From an uncultured delta proteobacterium (GTDB taxonomy: Bacteria > Desulfobacterota > Syntrophia > Syntrophales > UBA2185), in contig CAVSPA010000006.1 of NCBI GenBank assembly GCA_963729715.1, positions 416,001 to 480,000 of the forward strand: a stretch of 64,000 nt of DNA. The letters run 5' to 3'. Position 1 is the stretch's first letter; every line of letters starts with the position of its first letter. A program made the position numbers and the translations under genes. The notes beneath the pieces were generated by a model. That model searched no databases. It was not told the origin of the DNA and saw only the letters and a program-made list of their open reading frames with translations. Shown piece after piece: positions 30,509-39,493 of the stretch.

Positions 30509-31648
30509 CTATCTTAGAATGCTGCCGCCGATAACCATGCGCATTGCCTCGCTTGTGCCCTCATAGATCTGCGTAATCTTTGCATCTCGCATCAGGCGCT
30601 CCACGGGATATTCGCGGCTGTACCCGTAGCCACCAAATACCTGGACCGCGTCGGTCGTAACAGACATAGCGACATCGGAAGCAAACAGCTTAGCCATTGC
30701 CGCCTCTTTGGAATAAGGCAGGTCATTAGATTTGTTAAAAGCGGCTCGATACGTCATGAGACGGGCTGCCTCAACTTTTGTTGCCATGTTGGCGAGCATA
30801 AAGCTGATGCCCTGCTGGGTCGCTATGGGTTTTCCAAACTGAACACGCTGTTTTGCATATTTGATTGCGTGATCGAGAGCGCCCTGGGCAATGCCAACGG
30901 CCTGGGCAGCTATACCGATACGGCCGCCATCCAAAGTCGCCATGGCAATCCTAAACCCATCGCCTTCTTTTCCTAAGATGTTGGAGGCGGGGGTTTTTGC
31001 ATTGACCATTATGACTTCGCGCTGTACGGCTGCGCGAATACCCATTTTGGTTTCTTTCTTGCCGAAGCTCAAGCCCGGTGAACCTTTCTCGAGAATGAAC
31101 GCGCTCATGCCCTTAAGGCCGGCCTCTTTATTTGTTTTGGTAAAGACAACCTCTACTTCCGCCTCTCCACCGTTTGTGTTGAAAACCTTGGTCCCGGTGA
31201 TAAGATATGAATCTCCTTCTTTGACGGCAAATGTTGAGGCGTTGCCTACGTCTGTGCCTGCATTGGGTTCCGTTAGACCGAATGCGCCTAACTTTATGCC
31301 CTGGGCCAGCGGCACGAGGTATTTCTGTTTTTGCTCCTCCGTGCCGTACTTGTAGATTGGCCATGAACACAGCGACGTGTGCACCGACATACCGATGGAA
31401 GTTGACGCGTCTATGCGTGAAATTTCCTCAATTGCAATGGCATAAGCGACGAAGTCCATACCGCCTCCGCCGTACTTTTCGGGATAGGGAAGGCCCATGA
31501 GGCCCAGTTTACCCATTTCATCAAATATACTCCTGTCAAACAGCTCTTTTTCATCACGCTCCACAATAGTCGGAGCCAGCTTCTTTTCCGCAAATTCCCG
31601 CACCATCTTGCGGATGCCTTCATTTTCCGGTGATACAGTAAAATTCAT
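30509..31648 (-). CDS. Acyl-CoA dehydrogenase (Bcd/CarC-like)
   Basis: GAFGLTEPNAGTD, KMGIRA, GGRIGIAAQ and RDAKITQIYEGT (catalytic Glu). Confidence 0.95.
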   Translation of the reverse strand: MNFTVSPENEGIRKMVREFAEKKLAPTIVERDEKELFDRSIFDEMGKLGLMGLPYPEKYGGGGMDFVAYAIAIEEISRIDASTSIGMSVHTSLCSWPIYKYGTEEQKQKYLVPLAQGIKLGAFGLTEPNAGTDVGNASTFAVKEGDSYLITGTKVFNTNGGEAEVEVVFTKTNKEAGLKGMSAFILEKGSPGLSFGKKETKMGIRAAVQREVIMVNAKTPASNILGKEGDGFRIAMATLDGGRIGIAAQAVGIAQGALDHAIKYAKQRVQFGKPIATQQGISFMLANMATKVEAARLMTYRAAFNKSNDLPYSKEAAMAKLFASDVAMSVTTDAVQVFGGYGYSREYPVERLMRDAKITQIYEGTSEAMRMVIGGSILR

Positions 31649-31730
31649 AGATTACCCTCCTCTTAAAATATATTGTTTGTCGTTTTCAAAATTGCGCCGA
31701 CTTGCAGATTGCGGACGGCGATTACTTTTC

Positions 31731-32924
31731 TTATTGCAGAACCTCCCGCAATTTGGCGGTCAATGCCGGTACGACTTCGTACACATCACCGACTATTCCG
31801 TAGGTCGCCACCTTGAAGATGGGAGCATCAGGGTCTTTATTAATCGCAATTATAACGTCGGATGTCTGCATCCCGGCTAGATGCTGAATGGCGCCTGATA
31901 TGCCGCAAGCGATATAGATTTTCGGCGCCACCGTTTTTCCTGTTTGACCGACCTGGTGCGGATAAGGCATCCAGCCCGCGTCAACAGCAGCACGGGACGA
32001 TCCGACGGTGCCTTTCAAAACTTGCGCAAGCTCCTCCACCATCCTGAAGCCTTCCGGCTTTCCAAGTCCCCGCCCTCCGGATACGATGATCTCTGCGTCC
32101 TCGAGATTGCATGAGAAAGTGCAGACCTTGACGACATCGATGAGTTTTGTGCGAATGTCCTTCTCGTTTATTGCCAACTCTTCCCGGATTATTTTTCCCG
32201 TGCGGTTGTAGTCCGGTACAGGCTTCTTAAAGACCTTGGGCCTCACCGTTCCCATCTGCGGACGATTATCGGGGCAAAAGATCGTTGCCATGATATTGCC
32301 GCCGAAGGCAGGTCTTGTCCATGCAACAAGCCTGGTTTCCGGATCTATGGAAAGATTCGTGCAGTCGGCAGTCAGGCCGGTCTTTACCCTGGCGGATACG
32401 CGGGGGCCTAAATCGCGGCCGTCATTGGTCGCGCCCAATAATATTACGGACGGCAGATACTTCCTGATCAGATGCGTAAAGGCGATTGAATACGCGTCCG
32501 TCGAATAGTGGTGAAAAGCGCTCCCTTCAACCAGGTACACATTGTCGGCGCCGCTCGCAAAAAGTTCCTTGCACATTTCCGCCACATTGTCGCCGATAAG
32601 GACGGCAGACAGCTCCTCGCCAAGCTCCTGGGCAAGCTTCCTGCCCTCGCCGACAAGTTCCAGTGAAACGTTGCGTATACGACCATCACGATGTTCTATG
32701 AATACCCAGACGCCCTTATAGGCGCTGATGTCTTGCGCCTCTTCCGTTTTTTCCCGTTCTACCTTGATTGCGGATACGGGGCAGCTGCTTTCGCAAGCAC
32801 CGCAGAATGTACAAGCTTCCGTGAGAACGGCTTTATCATCTTTCATGACAATTGCGCCATAAGGACAACTGTCGATGCATGTTTGACAACCAATGCATTC
32901 TTCCGACAAAATCTTAACAGACAT
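31731..32924 (-). CDS. etfA: ETF alpha subunit with N-terminal 2x[4Fe-4S] ferredoxin domain (CarE-like)
   Basis: CIGCQTCIDSCP and CTFCGACESSCP, then RPAFGGN, SGGRG, QVGQTGK and GISGAIQHLAG. Confidence 0.95.
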   Translation of the reverse strand: MSVKILSEECIGCQTCIDSCPYGAIVMKDDKAVLTEACTFCGACESSCPVSAIKVEREKTEEAQDISAYKGVWVFIEHRDGRIRNVSLELVGEGRKLAQELGEELSAVLIGDNVAEMCKELFASGADNVYLVEGSAFHHYSTDAYSIAFTHLIRKYLPSVILLGATNDGRDLGPRVSARVKTGLTADCTNLSIDPETRLVAWTRPAFGGNIMATIFCPDNRPQMGTVRPKVFKKPVPDYNRTGKIIREELAINEKDIRTKLIDVVKVCTFSCNLEDAEIIVSGGRGLGKPEGFRMVEELAQVLKGTVGSSRAAVDAGWMPYPHQVGQTGKTVAPKIYIACGISGAIQHLAGMQTSDVIIAINKDPDAPIFKVATYGIVGDVYEVVPALTAKLREVLQ

Positions 32925-32945
32925 ATTTAACTGCTTCCTCCTCGA

Positions 32946-33728
32946 CTATAGTATCTTGGCCTGCCTCAACTTATCGACAAGCAAATCGACGGCTTCTTTG
33001 CTGTCGCCCTGAATAAGTTCACCCTTGCCGCGCCGCTCCGGAGTAAATATGCGCTTTACGAGCGTAGGTGAGCCCTCCAGGCCTGCGGATTTAGGATCTA
33101 TGGCAATGTCAGCGGCAGTCCACACAGGGATTTCCGTGCGGTATGCCTTAGCAGTACCTCTCACTGTGGGAATACGGGGATCCATGGCCAGTTTTATGAT
33201 GGTAACCACAAGAGGCGGTTTGGCCTCTATAACGTCATATCCCTCATCCTGTTCGCGGTGTGCAATGAGCTTTTCGCCGTCAAATTCGAGCGTGCTTATA
33301 TAAGTCAACTGGCCGATGCCAAGATGTTCTGCCATTTCCGGTCCAACCTGGGCCGTATCTCCGTCAATCGCCTGCTTGCCGCAAATGACCAAATCGACGT
33401 TTCCCATTTTGCGCACTGCCTGAGATAATGTGTAGGATGTAGCGAGCGTATCCGAGCCCGCAAATGCCCTATCGCTTAGAAGGACGGCTTCATCGGCGCC
33501 CATGGCGACACATTCCCGCAGTGCCGCCACTGCCTGCGGTGGCCCCATGCTGATCACTGTAACCTTTCCTCCGTGTTTATCCCTGAGCTGCAGCGCCATC
33601 TCGAGAGCATATTTGTCGAAGGGATTAACAATGCTCGGCACTCCTTCCCTGACCAACGTGTTGGTGACAGGATCAATTTTGACTTCTGTGGTATCAGGTA
33701 CCTGTTTGACACATACAACAATTTCCAT
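32946..33728 (-). CDS. etfB: ETF beta subunit (bifurcating type)
   Basis: VCVKQVPD, NPFD, DTLATS and GKQAIDGDTAQVGP. ATG 33728 preferred as start. Confidence 0.95.
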   Translation of the reverse strand: MEIVVCVKQVPDTTEVKIDPVTNTLVREGVPSIVNPFDKYALEMALQLRDKHGGKVTVISMGPPQAVAALRECVAMGADEAVLLSDRAFAGSDTLATSYTLSQAVRKMGNVDLVICGKQAIDGDTAQVGPEMAEHLGIGQLTYISTLEFDGEKLIAHREQDEGYDVIEAKPPLVVTIIKLAMDPRIPTVRGTAKAYRTEIPVWTAADIAIDPKSAGLEGSPTLVKRIFTPERRGKGELIQGDSKEAVDLLVDKLRQAKIL

Positions 33729-33814
33729 AAAAATATTCACTCCTGGTTATGTTAAGAGTCATTTTGCATAGAGTATATGCAAATAACTTTTTTCTCTTCA
33801 ATGCACCATTCAGC

Positions 33815-33936
33815 TATTGAATTCGGTAGTGAGCGCATTCCCCGCAGCTTGCTGTGCGGTAAGCGAGCGAATACCGGACAATACTATTTCTTAAGTATCG
33901 AGGATTCTCCGCAGCGAGCAGCGGAGAGATTCAATA
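33815..33936. mobile_element. MITE-like element of about 120 bp
   Basis: TA|TTGAAT...ATTCAA|TA ends. Two related internal palindromes: ccgcagcttgctgtgcgg and ccgcagcgagcagcgg. Confidence 0.65.
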
Positions 33937-34042
33937 CTGCACATCTTACATTACTTTCCGCGAGATTAATCGACATGGCAAAAAAGAACCGAGCGAATGG
34001 CTAAATTACCTAAGCGGCGGATCTCAGCTGGCACCGCAAAAT

Positions 34043-34078
34043 AAAATCCCCGCAAGGAGAAAGATATCTTGCGGGATT
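34043..34078 (-). terminator. Probable terminator downstream of the MFS gene
   Basis: cccgcaag/cttgcggg stem with minus-strand T tracts. Confidence 0.5.
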
Positions 34079-34246
34079 GATATACGCATCATTTTGCGCA
34101 AGTTTTTTCAAAGAACAATCAAGGAATGTTAACATTAAAGGGGGCATGGGGGCTTCCGATATTCACCGAAACCCGCCTATATCTTACATACGGTCTGCCA
34201 TGCCCCCCATGTGGATAGTTTATAATCTTTAACTTTTGACCTATCC

Positions 34247-35578
34247 TTACGCTGCCTTCTTGGTAATGATAGGTTTAGAATCCGTTGTGAAGTACATCGC
34301 CACGGCACCTACTACGAGCGATGCCGCGCAGAACATAAAGGTGGCCTGGTATGCTTCCACTGGAAATTTACCGTTAACCTTTCCGTAGTGGTCAAGTACA
34401 ACACCCATCAATGACTGATATAAAGCTCCTCCTACGAAGTACCATATATTCAGCATCCCGTTGGACGTCGCCATGAAGCTGGTCGGCTGACCGTCAGCTA
34501 TATGTGCATAATTGGGCACATATGCGCCACAGAAGAAGCCCATGACAAATAACAAGGGATAAAACCACACAAGGGGAATCGATCCCGTAAAGAAAGCTAT
34601 CGGTATCCAGGTCGCAACGTAGATAAGCATACCGTAGAAAGACGTGTTCCTGCGCGACTTCAGAACACGGTCGGAGCACCAACCGGCCGCAAAGCATCCG
34701 AGAGCCATCCCTATTGGCCAGAACATGAGCATGTTGGCCGCCTGCTGCTTGGGCATACCGTATATCTGCTGCGCGTATGGAATGAACCAGAGTCCCTGAA
34801 ATCCCATGACCGTACCGTAGATCACAAAGGCGTAAAGTGATATCAACCAGTAGTTTTTCATCTTTAGCAGTTTTACAAAATTCTTTTTGAACGTGGTCTT
34901 CTGGGCGGCAGTCTGTACCGGGTAGTAGTCGATGCCGTCGATCTCTGAAACTGTTGGGTAACCCATATCGCTCGGTTTATTTCGGACGATCAGGTAGTCA
35001 ACGATAGATATGAGGATCATGAAAGCGCCCAGCCATAAGAATGAATTCCGCCATCCGACGATACCCACCAGAAACGCAAGCGGTGCGGACGCGAGTATCG
35101 CGCCGACATTGCCCAGGGTGAGCATCACACCCGTAAGTGTCGCTAATTCATTCGGCCGGAACCAGTTGTACAGGATCTTCATACAAGGCATCCAAACAAC
35201 CGCGACGCCGACACCCATTAAAAAGCGGCCGAAGATACACCAGCCGAACGTCTGGGCCAAACCAAACAATGCAGTACCGATTGCCGCTATGACGAAAAAC
35301 ATGCTAACCGAAAGCCTGGGGCCTATTTTATCGGATAGGACTCCCGACGGGAACTGCATTGCTGCATAAGGATAAAAGTACATCGATGACAAAATACCAA
35401 GGGTCGTCGCTGTGAGACCGAATTCCTTCATCAGTTCCGGCGCAACAACCGCCGGTGAAACACGGTCGAAATATACAAAAATATACGTTAACAAGAACAT
35501 TCCATAAGTAATCCAGCGATACGTAATCATCTTCTTGGCTTTCACGGGATCAACTCCTGCGGCTACATTTGCACTCAT
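34247..35578 (-). CDS. MFS transporter (organic anion type)
   Basis: About 12 TM helices, YFDRVSP, motif A GVLSDKIGPR, GRFLMG and WFRPNE. Confidence 0.92.
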   Translation of the reverse strand: MSANVAAGVDPVKAKKMITYRWITYGMFLLTYIFVYFDRVSPAVVAPELMKEFGLTATTLGILSSMYFYPYAAMQFPSGVLSDKIGPRLSVSMFFVIAAIGTALFGLAQTFGWCIFGRFLMGVGVAVVWMPCMKILYNWFRPNELATLTGVMLTLGNVGAILASAPLAFLVGIVGWRNSFLWLGAFMILISIVDYLIVRNKPSDMGYPTVSEIDGIDYYPVQTAAQKTTFKKNFVKLLKMKNYWLISLYAFVIYGTVMGFQGLWFIPYAQQIYGMPKQQAANMLMFWPIGMALGCFAAGWCSDRVLKSRRNTSFYGMLIYVATWIPIAFFTGSIPLVWFYPLLFVMGFFCGAYVPNYAHIADGQPTSFMATSNGMLNIWYFVGGALYQSLMGVVLDHYGKVNGKFPVEAYQATFMFCAASLVVGAVAMYFTTDSKPIITKKAA

Positions 35579-35832
35579 ATAACCCTCCTCCTTAATTTTT
35601 TTTATATGCGTCTTTGGTGCAATTAATCTTTATCTCGGGTTTTAACTGACAAAAAAAATTAGAACCCCGCCAGCCCTCTTTGAAAAGATCATTTCTTTAG
35701 ACGGTTTTCCCCCCGGGTAAATACCACAAGTGCCCTTAAATATCGATATCTTTCTCTTTACTTTTAAATTCCGCATGGGCTGCGATTGTCGGGAAATCGT
35801 CCTTAGAGATATCCGCTTATTTTAGAGCTGGC

Positions 35833-35854
35833 TGCCCCGCCGGGCGGGCGGGGC
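35833..35854 (-). other. GC-rich hairpin between the AbfD homologue and the MFS gene
   Basis: tgccccgcc/ggcggggca stem. Confidence 0.5.
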
Positions 35855-35870
35855 AATCCGATCCAGCTAA

Positions 35871-37340
35871 TTATTTCTTTTTCTTTTCCGGCTCTGGAAT
35901 TTCTTCAATGATGCCTGCAATTTTTCTTGCGTATTCGGCAAACTGGTCAACGGGGGTCAAGGATCTGACAACCAGCTTTGCGCCGTCAGGAGAACCGCCG
36001 CCGTGCATACATCCCGGTACGCCCGCGCCAAGCGTCAGCCACTCAGAAAGCCTTGCTGCGCGCGCCCTTGACTCAGCGCTGAACTTGGGGGAGGCTTTAA
36101 GAGCCGCCTGGACCATGGTCCCGATCTTCTGGTCATTAAAGTCCTTCGAAGATGGGAAGCAACCGGTTTCGACGATACCGCCGCCGATATCCTGGCAGAT
36201 ACGCTTTGTTTCATAGGGAAGGGTCGCCACATGCACTTTATTGGCATGGGCTGTCAGGGAATCTGAAACCCACATGCCGCCCGGACCTTTCTTCCCGAGG
36301 GCCATCGAACCGATTCCCATGCAGTATGTAGTTTCATTATTAACCGCCATCTCCACCAGCTTGTTTGCAAACGTGCTTGCAGCCAATCCATTCGTCCTCG
36401 CCATAAGCGCCGCGGCGCCGATCATCACGTCTCCCTGACCGGCCACACATGCGCCGATGCAGGACCGGTAGTTGGCTGTAAAGTATTCTATTATCTTTCC
36501 CGTGTATTTTGATTCCTTGCACATGAACACCCTGTCATTGGGGACAAAACAGTCCTTGAAGAACAGAAAAGACTGGGTGATGCCGGAGTCCGGAATGTCG
36601 AATCCGCCTTCCATTTCTCTTGTGTCGCTCGGTCTCCGGGCTTCCACTATAGTGAGACCCTTTATGTCACGCGGTACTACGCAGCTCACTGCATAGTCTT
36701 GATCTTCTTCCCTGTAACCACTTCCGGGCAGGATAAATATCTCATTGGAAGCGGCAACACCACAGATCATCGCCTTCATGCCGCTGATTACGATGCCGTC
36801 TTCACGGACTTCCGTAATATGCACATTGCTGTCCGGGTTCGCCTGCTGTGACGGTCTCAGGCTTCTGTCGCCTTTTGCATCTGTAAGGGCACCCGATACG
36901 ACGAGCCCGTTCTTCTGGGTATTGATAATCCACTTCTTGAGACGCTCCTGGTACTTGGTTCCGAGCTCCTTGTCCATTTGCGATGTGATATTCCACATAA
37001 CGTTCTGGGCATTCCAGCCTACGCACACGCCCCCGCTGCAGCTTCCCGTAAGGCGGTACATCCATCTTTTAAACTTGGAATTGCCCATGATGTCTTCAAG
37101 GGTTTCCATCATGGAATTCCACCTGTGGATCTTTTCACCACTTAGGAAAGTGGATGTAGTAGTGAAATCCTCGGCCAATTTCGGGTCACGTGACGCATCG
37201 AATGCCCGTGCGTGGCTTTCTACTACTCTCTTTGTCGCCGGATGAGTCGTAACATCCTCGATCAGCTCACCGAATTTGTAGATGTTCGGTTTCATTACCT
37301 TTAATGATTTCTTGTATTCTTCTCTCGTCTTCAAAGCCAT
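35871..37340 (-). CDS. 4-hydroxybutyryl-CoA dehydratase (AbfD/HpaB family) homologue with divergent active site
   Basis: Colinear with AbfD by eye: GALTDAKGDR, EDGIVISG, DYAVS, SDTR, VPNDRVF, GDVMIGAAAL, QDIGGG and MHGGGSP. Confidence 0.88.
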   Translation of the reverse strand: MALKTREEYKKSLKVMKPNIYKFGELIEDVTTHPATKRVVESHARAFDASRDPKLAEDFTTTSTFLSGEKIHRWNSMMETLEDIMGNSKFKRWMYRLTGSCSGGVCVGWNAQNVMWNITSQMDKELGTKYQERLKKWIINTQKNGLVVSGALTDAKGDRSLRPSQQANPDSNVHITEVREDGIVISGMKAMICGVAASNEIFILPGSGYREEDQDYAVSCVVPRDIKGLTIVEARRPSDTREMEGGFDIPDSGITQSFLFFKDCFVPNDRVFMCKESKYTGKIIEYFTANYRSCIGACVAGQGDVMIGAAALMARTNGLAASTFANKLVEMAVNNETTYCMGIGSMALGKKGPGGMWVSDSLTAHANKVHVATLPYETKRICQDIGGGIVETGCFPSSKDFNDQKIGTMVQAALKASPKFSAESRARAARLSEWLTLGAGVPGCMHGGGSPDGAKLVVRSLTPVDQFAEYARKIAGIIEEIPEPEKKKK

Positions 37341-37383
37341 ATTTGTCCTCCTTAAATTATTTTCTTGATCTCAATTTTGATTG

Positions 37384-38958
37384 TTAAAGTTCCTTCTTCA
37401 ATATCTCAGGTTTGATGCCCATCGGCCCTTCCTTAAAAAGGCGTGCATCCATCAATTTAACCTCAGGAGCGATGAGCGGCCTGTATTCCATCTGAGATAA
37501 TACGTCCTTCTCCATATCCAAGCCGGGAGCAATTTCCGTCAGCATGACGCCTTCAGGCGTGAGTTTAAAGACAGCCCGTTCCGTCACATAAAGGACCGTC
37601 TGACCACTTGCCTTTCCGTATTCACCGCTGAACGTGATATGCTCCACCTTCTTGACTAACTTCTTTACCTTTCCTTCTTTTACGATCTTGAGCTTTCCGT
37701 CGCCAATGCCCAACTCGAGACCGCTTGCCGTCAGCGTTCCACAGAAGACAACCCTCTTTGTACTCTGGGTGATGTTAATAAATCCTCCTGCTCCGGCTAT
37801 CCTGGGGCCGAACTTACTGACGTTCACGTTTCCGAACTGATCCATTTCCGCCATTCCCAGGACCGCAAGGTCGAGCCCGCCGCCGTCATAAAAATCAAAC
37901 ATGAGGGGATGGTCAACCAGGGCTTCGGGATTTATTGCCGATCCGAAATAGAGCTTGCCTCCAGGGACGCCGCCAATCGCTCCCGGCTCAACTGTCATTG
38001 TCATCAATTCGATCAGATCCTCTTCGGCTGCGACGGCGCCGCAGCCTTCCGGCATGCCGATGCCCATGTTTACGACTGCATTCGGGATAAGTTCCATAAC
38101 GCACCTTCGGCAGATAACTTTTCTTTCGCTCATCGGGAGAGGCGCTATGCGACTCAGAGGGACCCTTGTTTCACCGCAAAGGCTGGGATTGTATTGCTCG
38201 GCCATGGGAACCTGCCAGTGGTTCTCAGGCTTCGCAACTACAATTGCATCCACCCATACTTTGGGTATCTTGACCATCATCGGATGAATCGTACCCGCTT
38301 TTGTCACCCTTTCCACCTGCACGATGACTTTGCCGCCAGAACCCTTGGCAGCAAGCGCCAATAAGGCAAACTCCAGGGATATGGCTTCTCTTTCAATGGA
38401 TATATTGCCATTTTCATCTGCGGTAGTTCCGCGCACAATGGCAACATTGATGGGTATGGCCTTGTAGAAAAGGTATTCCTTGCCATCAATCTCCATTAAA
38501 CGGACGTACTCTTCGTGGCTGATGCTGTTTAGTTTTCCACCGGTTTCTCTCGGATCCACAAATGTCCTCAGGCCGACGTGCGTAATGACGCCCGGCTTCT
38601 TGCCGGCGGTGGCTCGAAAGACGTGGAGAATGACGCCTTGGGGAATATTGTATGCCTCTATCTTATTGGCGACAGCCATCTTGATTAGATCAGGCTGCAA
38701 GCCCCAATGGCCTGATACGACCTTTCTCACCAGACCTTCTTTTGCCCAGCGATTCAGTCCCCAGTTTGATTTTCCGTCATTCTGGCTTGCGCCAAATGTA
38801 AGCGTTAAGTTGTTTGGTTGACCTGTTTCCAAAAAGCTCTTTTCTACTGCCTTTGAAAGTTCTTCCGGATGACCCATTCCGACGAATCCGGAAGTTGCCA
38901 CAGTGTCTCCATTCTTGATCAGCTTAATCGCCTCTTCTGCAGTCATAAATTTTGCCAC
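37384..38958 (-). CDS. Family I acyl-CoA:acetate CoA-transferase (Pct/YdiF-like, fused alpha-beta)
   Basis: GLRTFVDPR, RGTTAD, NMGIGMP, catalytic EPGAIGG, GNVNVSKF, GAGGFINI and YVTERAVF. Confidence 0.93.
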   Translation of the reverse strand: MAKFMTAEEAIKLIKNGDTVATSGFVGMGHPEELSKAVEKSFLETGQPNNLTLTFGASQNDGKSNWGLNRWAKEGLVRKVVSGHWGLQPDLIKMAVANKIEAYNIPQGVILHVFRATAGKKPGVITHVGLRTFVDPRETGGKLNSISHEEYVRLMEIDGKEYLFYKAIPINVAIVRGTTADENGNISIEREAISLEFALLALAAKGSGGKVIVQVERVTKAGTIHPMMVKIPKVWVDAIVVAKPENHWQVPMAEQYNPSLCGETRVPLSRIAPLPMSERKVICRRCVMELIPNAVVNMGIGMPEGCGAVAAEEDLIELMTMTVEPGAIGGVPGGKLYFGSAINPEALVDHPLMFDFYDGGGLDLAVLGMAEMDQFGNVNVSKFGPRIAGAGGFINITQSTKRVVFCGTLTASGLELGIGDGKLKIVKEGKVKKLVKKVEHITFSGEYGKASGQTVLYVTERAVFKLTPEGVMLTEIAPGLDMEKDVLSQMEYRPLIAPEVKLMDARLFKEGPMGIKPEILKKEL

Positions 38959-39030
38959 GGCCTCACCTCCAATGTTTTTAAATAGATTGGACTATATTGT
39001 TCGACTTCAACTACCCGTTGAGCTTATACC

Positions 39031-39046
39031 GCAATTTATATGCCAG
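39031..39046 (-). promoter_or_regulatory. Sigma54 promoter of the CoA-transferase operon
   Basis: Minus strand CTGGCAT-ATAAA-TTGC, about 70 bp upstream of the start codon. Confidence 0.85.
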
Positions 39047-39390
39047 CGGCCCTGATAAGGGGCTGACAGGGTATGTATCGTATCATCACCGACGTGATAA
39101 ACGACATAAATTAGTAGACTACCATAGGCAGTTTCCACGAGATGCTATTCTCCGTATACCGTACAGAGCCATTCTCTGGTGGTATAGCATTCCTAGGCGC
39201 CACTTTAATGTCTATTCGCTTATGTCGCTTTTCCGGAAGAATTAAGAGACAGTATCCGTCATATCTTGTATAAAAACCACCAATAGAGCGGACTGACATT
39301 ACAAGGTGGGAATCACATTGCTTTGCAGAATAGAGGATAATAGAGCAATGAGAACAAGGACTTGGTTATAAGGCAGGGGGAATATGTCCA

Positions 39391-39428
39391 TGATGCGCAA
39401 TGGCATCAGCTGCTGCTTTACTGCATCA
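39391..39428. promoter_or_regulatory. Tandem candidate enhancer (UAS) sites
   Basis: TGATGC-N6-GCATCA followed 20 bp later by TGCTGC-N6-GCATCA. Confidence 0.6.
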
Positions 39429-39493
39429 CTTGCTTGTGCTCTCATCAGGGCGCTGCCGGGGTATCCTAATGTATCAGAAGGAATTATTTCCAG

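Noticed and set aside
33777..34004. 75-aa ORF
   Set aside because: Largely a translation of the MITE-like repeat.
35871..37340. Annotation as 4-hydroxyphenylacetate 3-monooxygenase (HpaB)
   Set aside because: AbfD-type Cys ligands, CoA-transferase/ETF context, anaerobic gene content and no flavin reductase partner.
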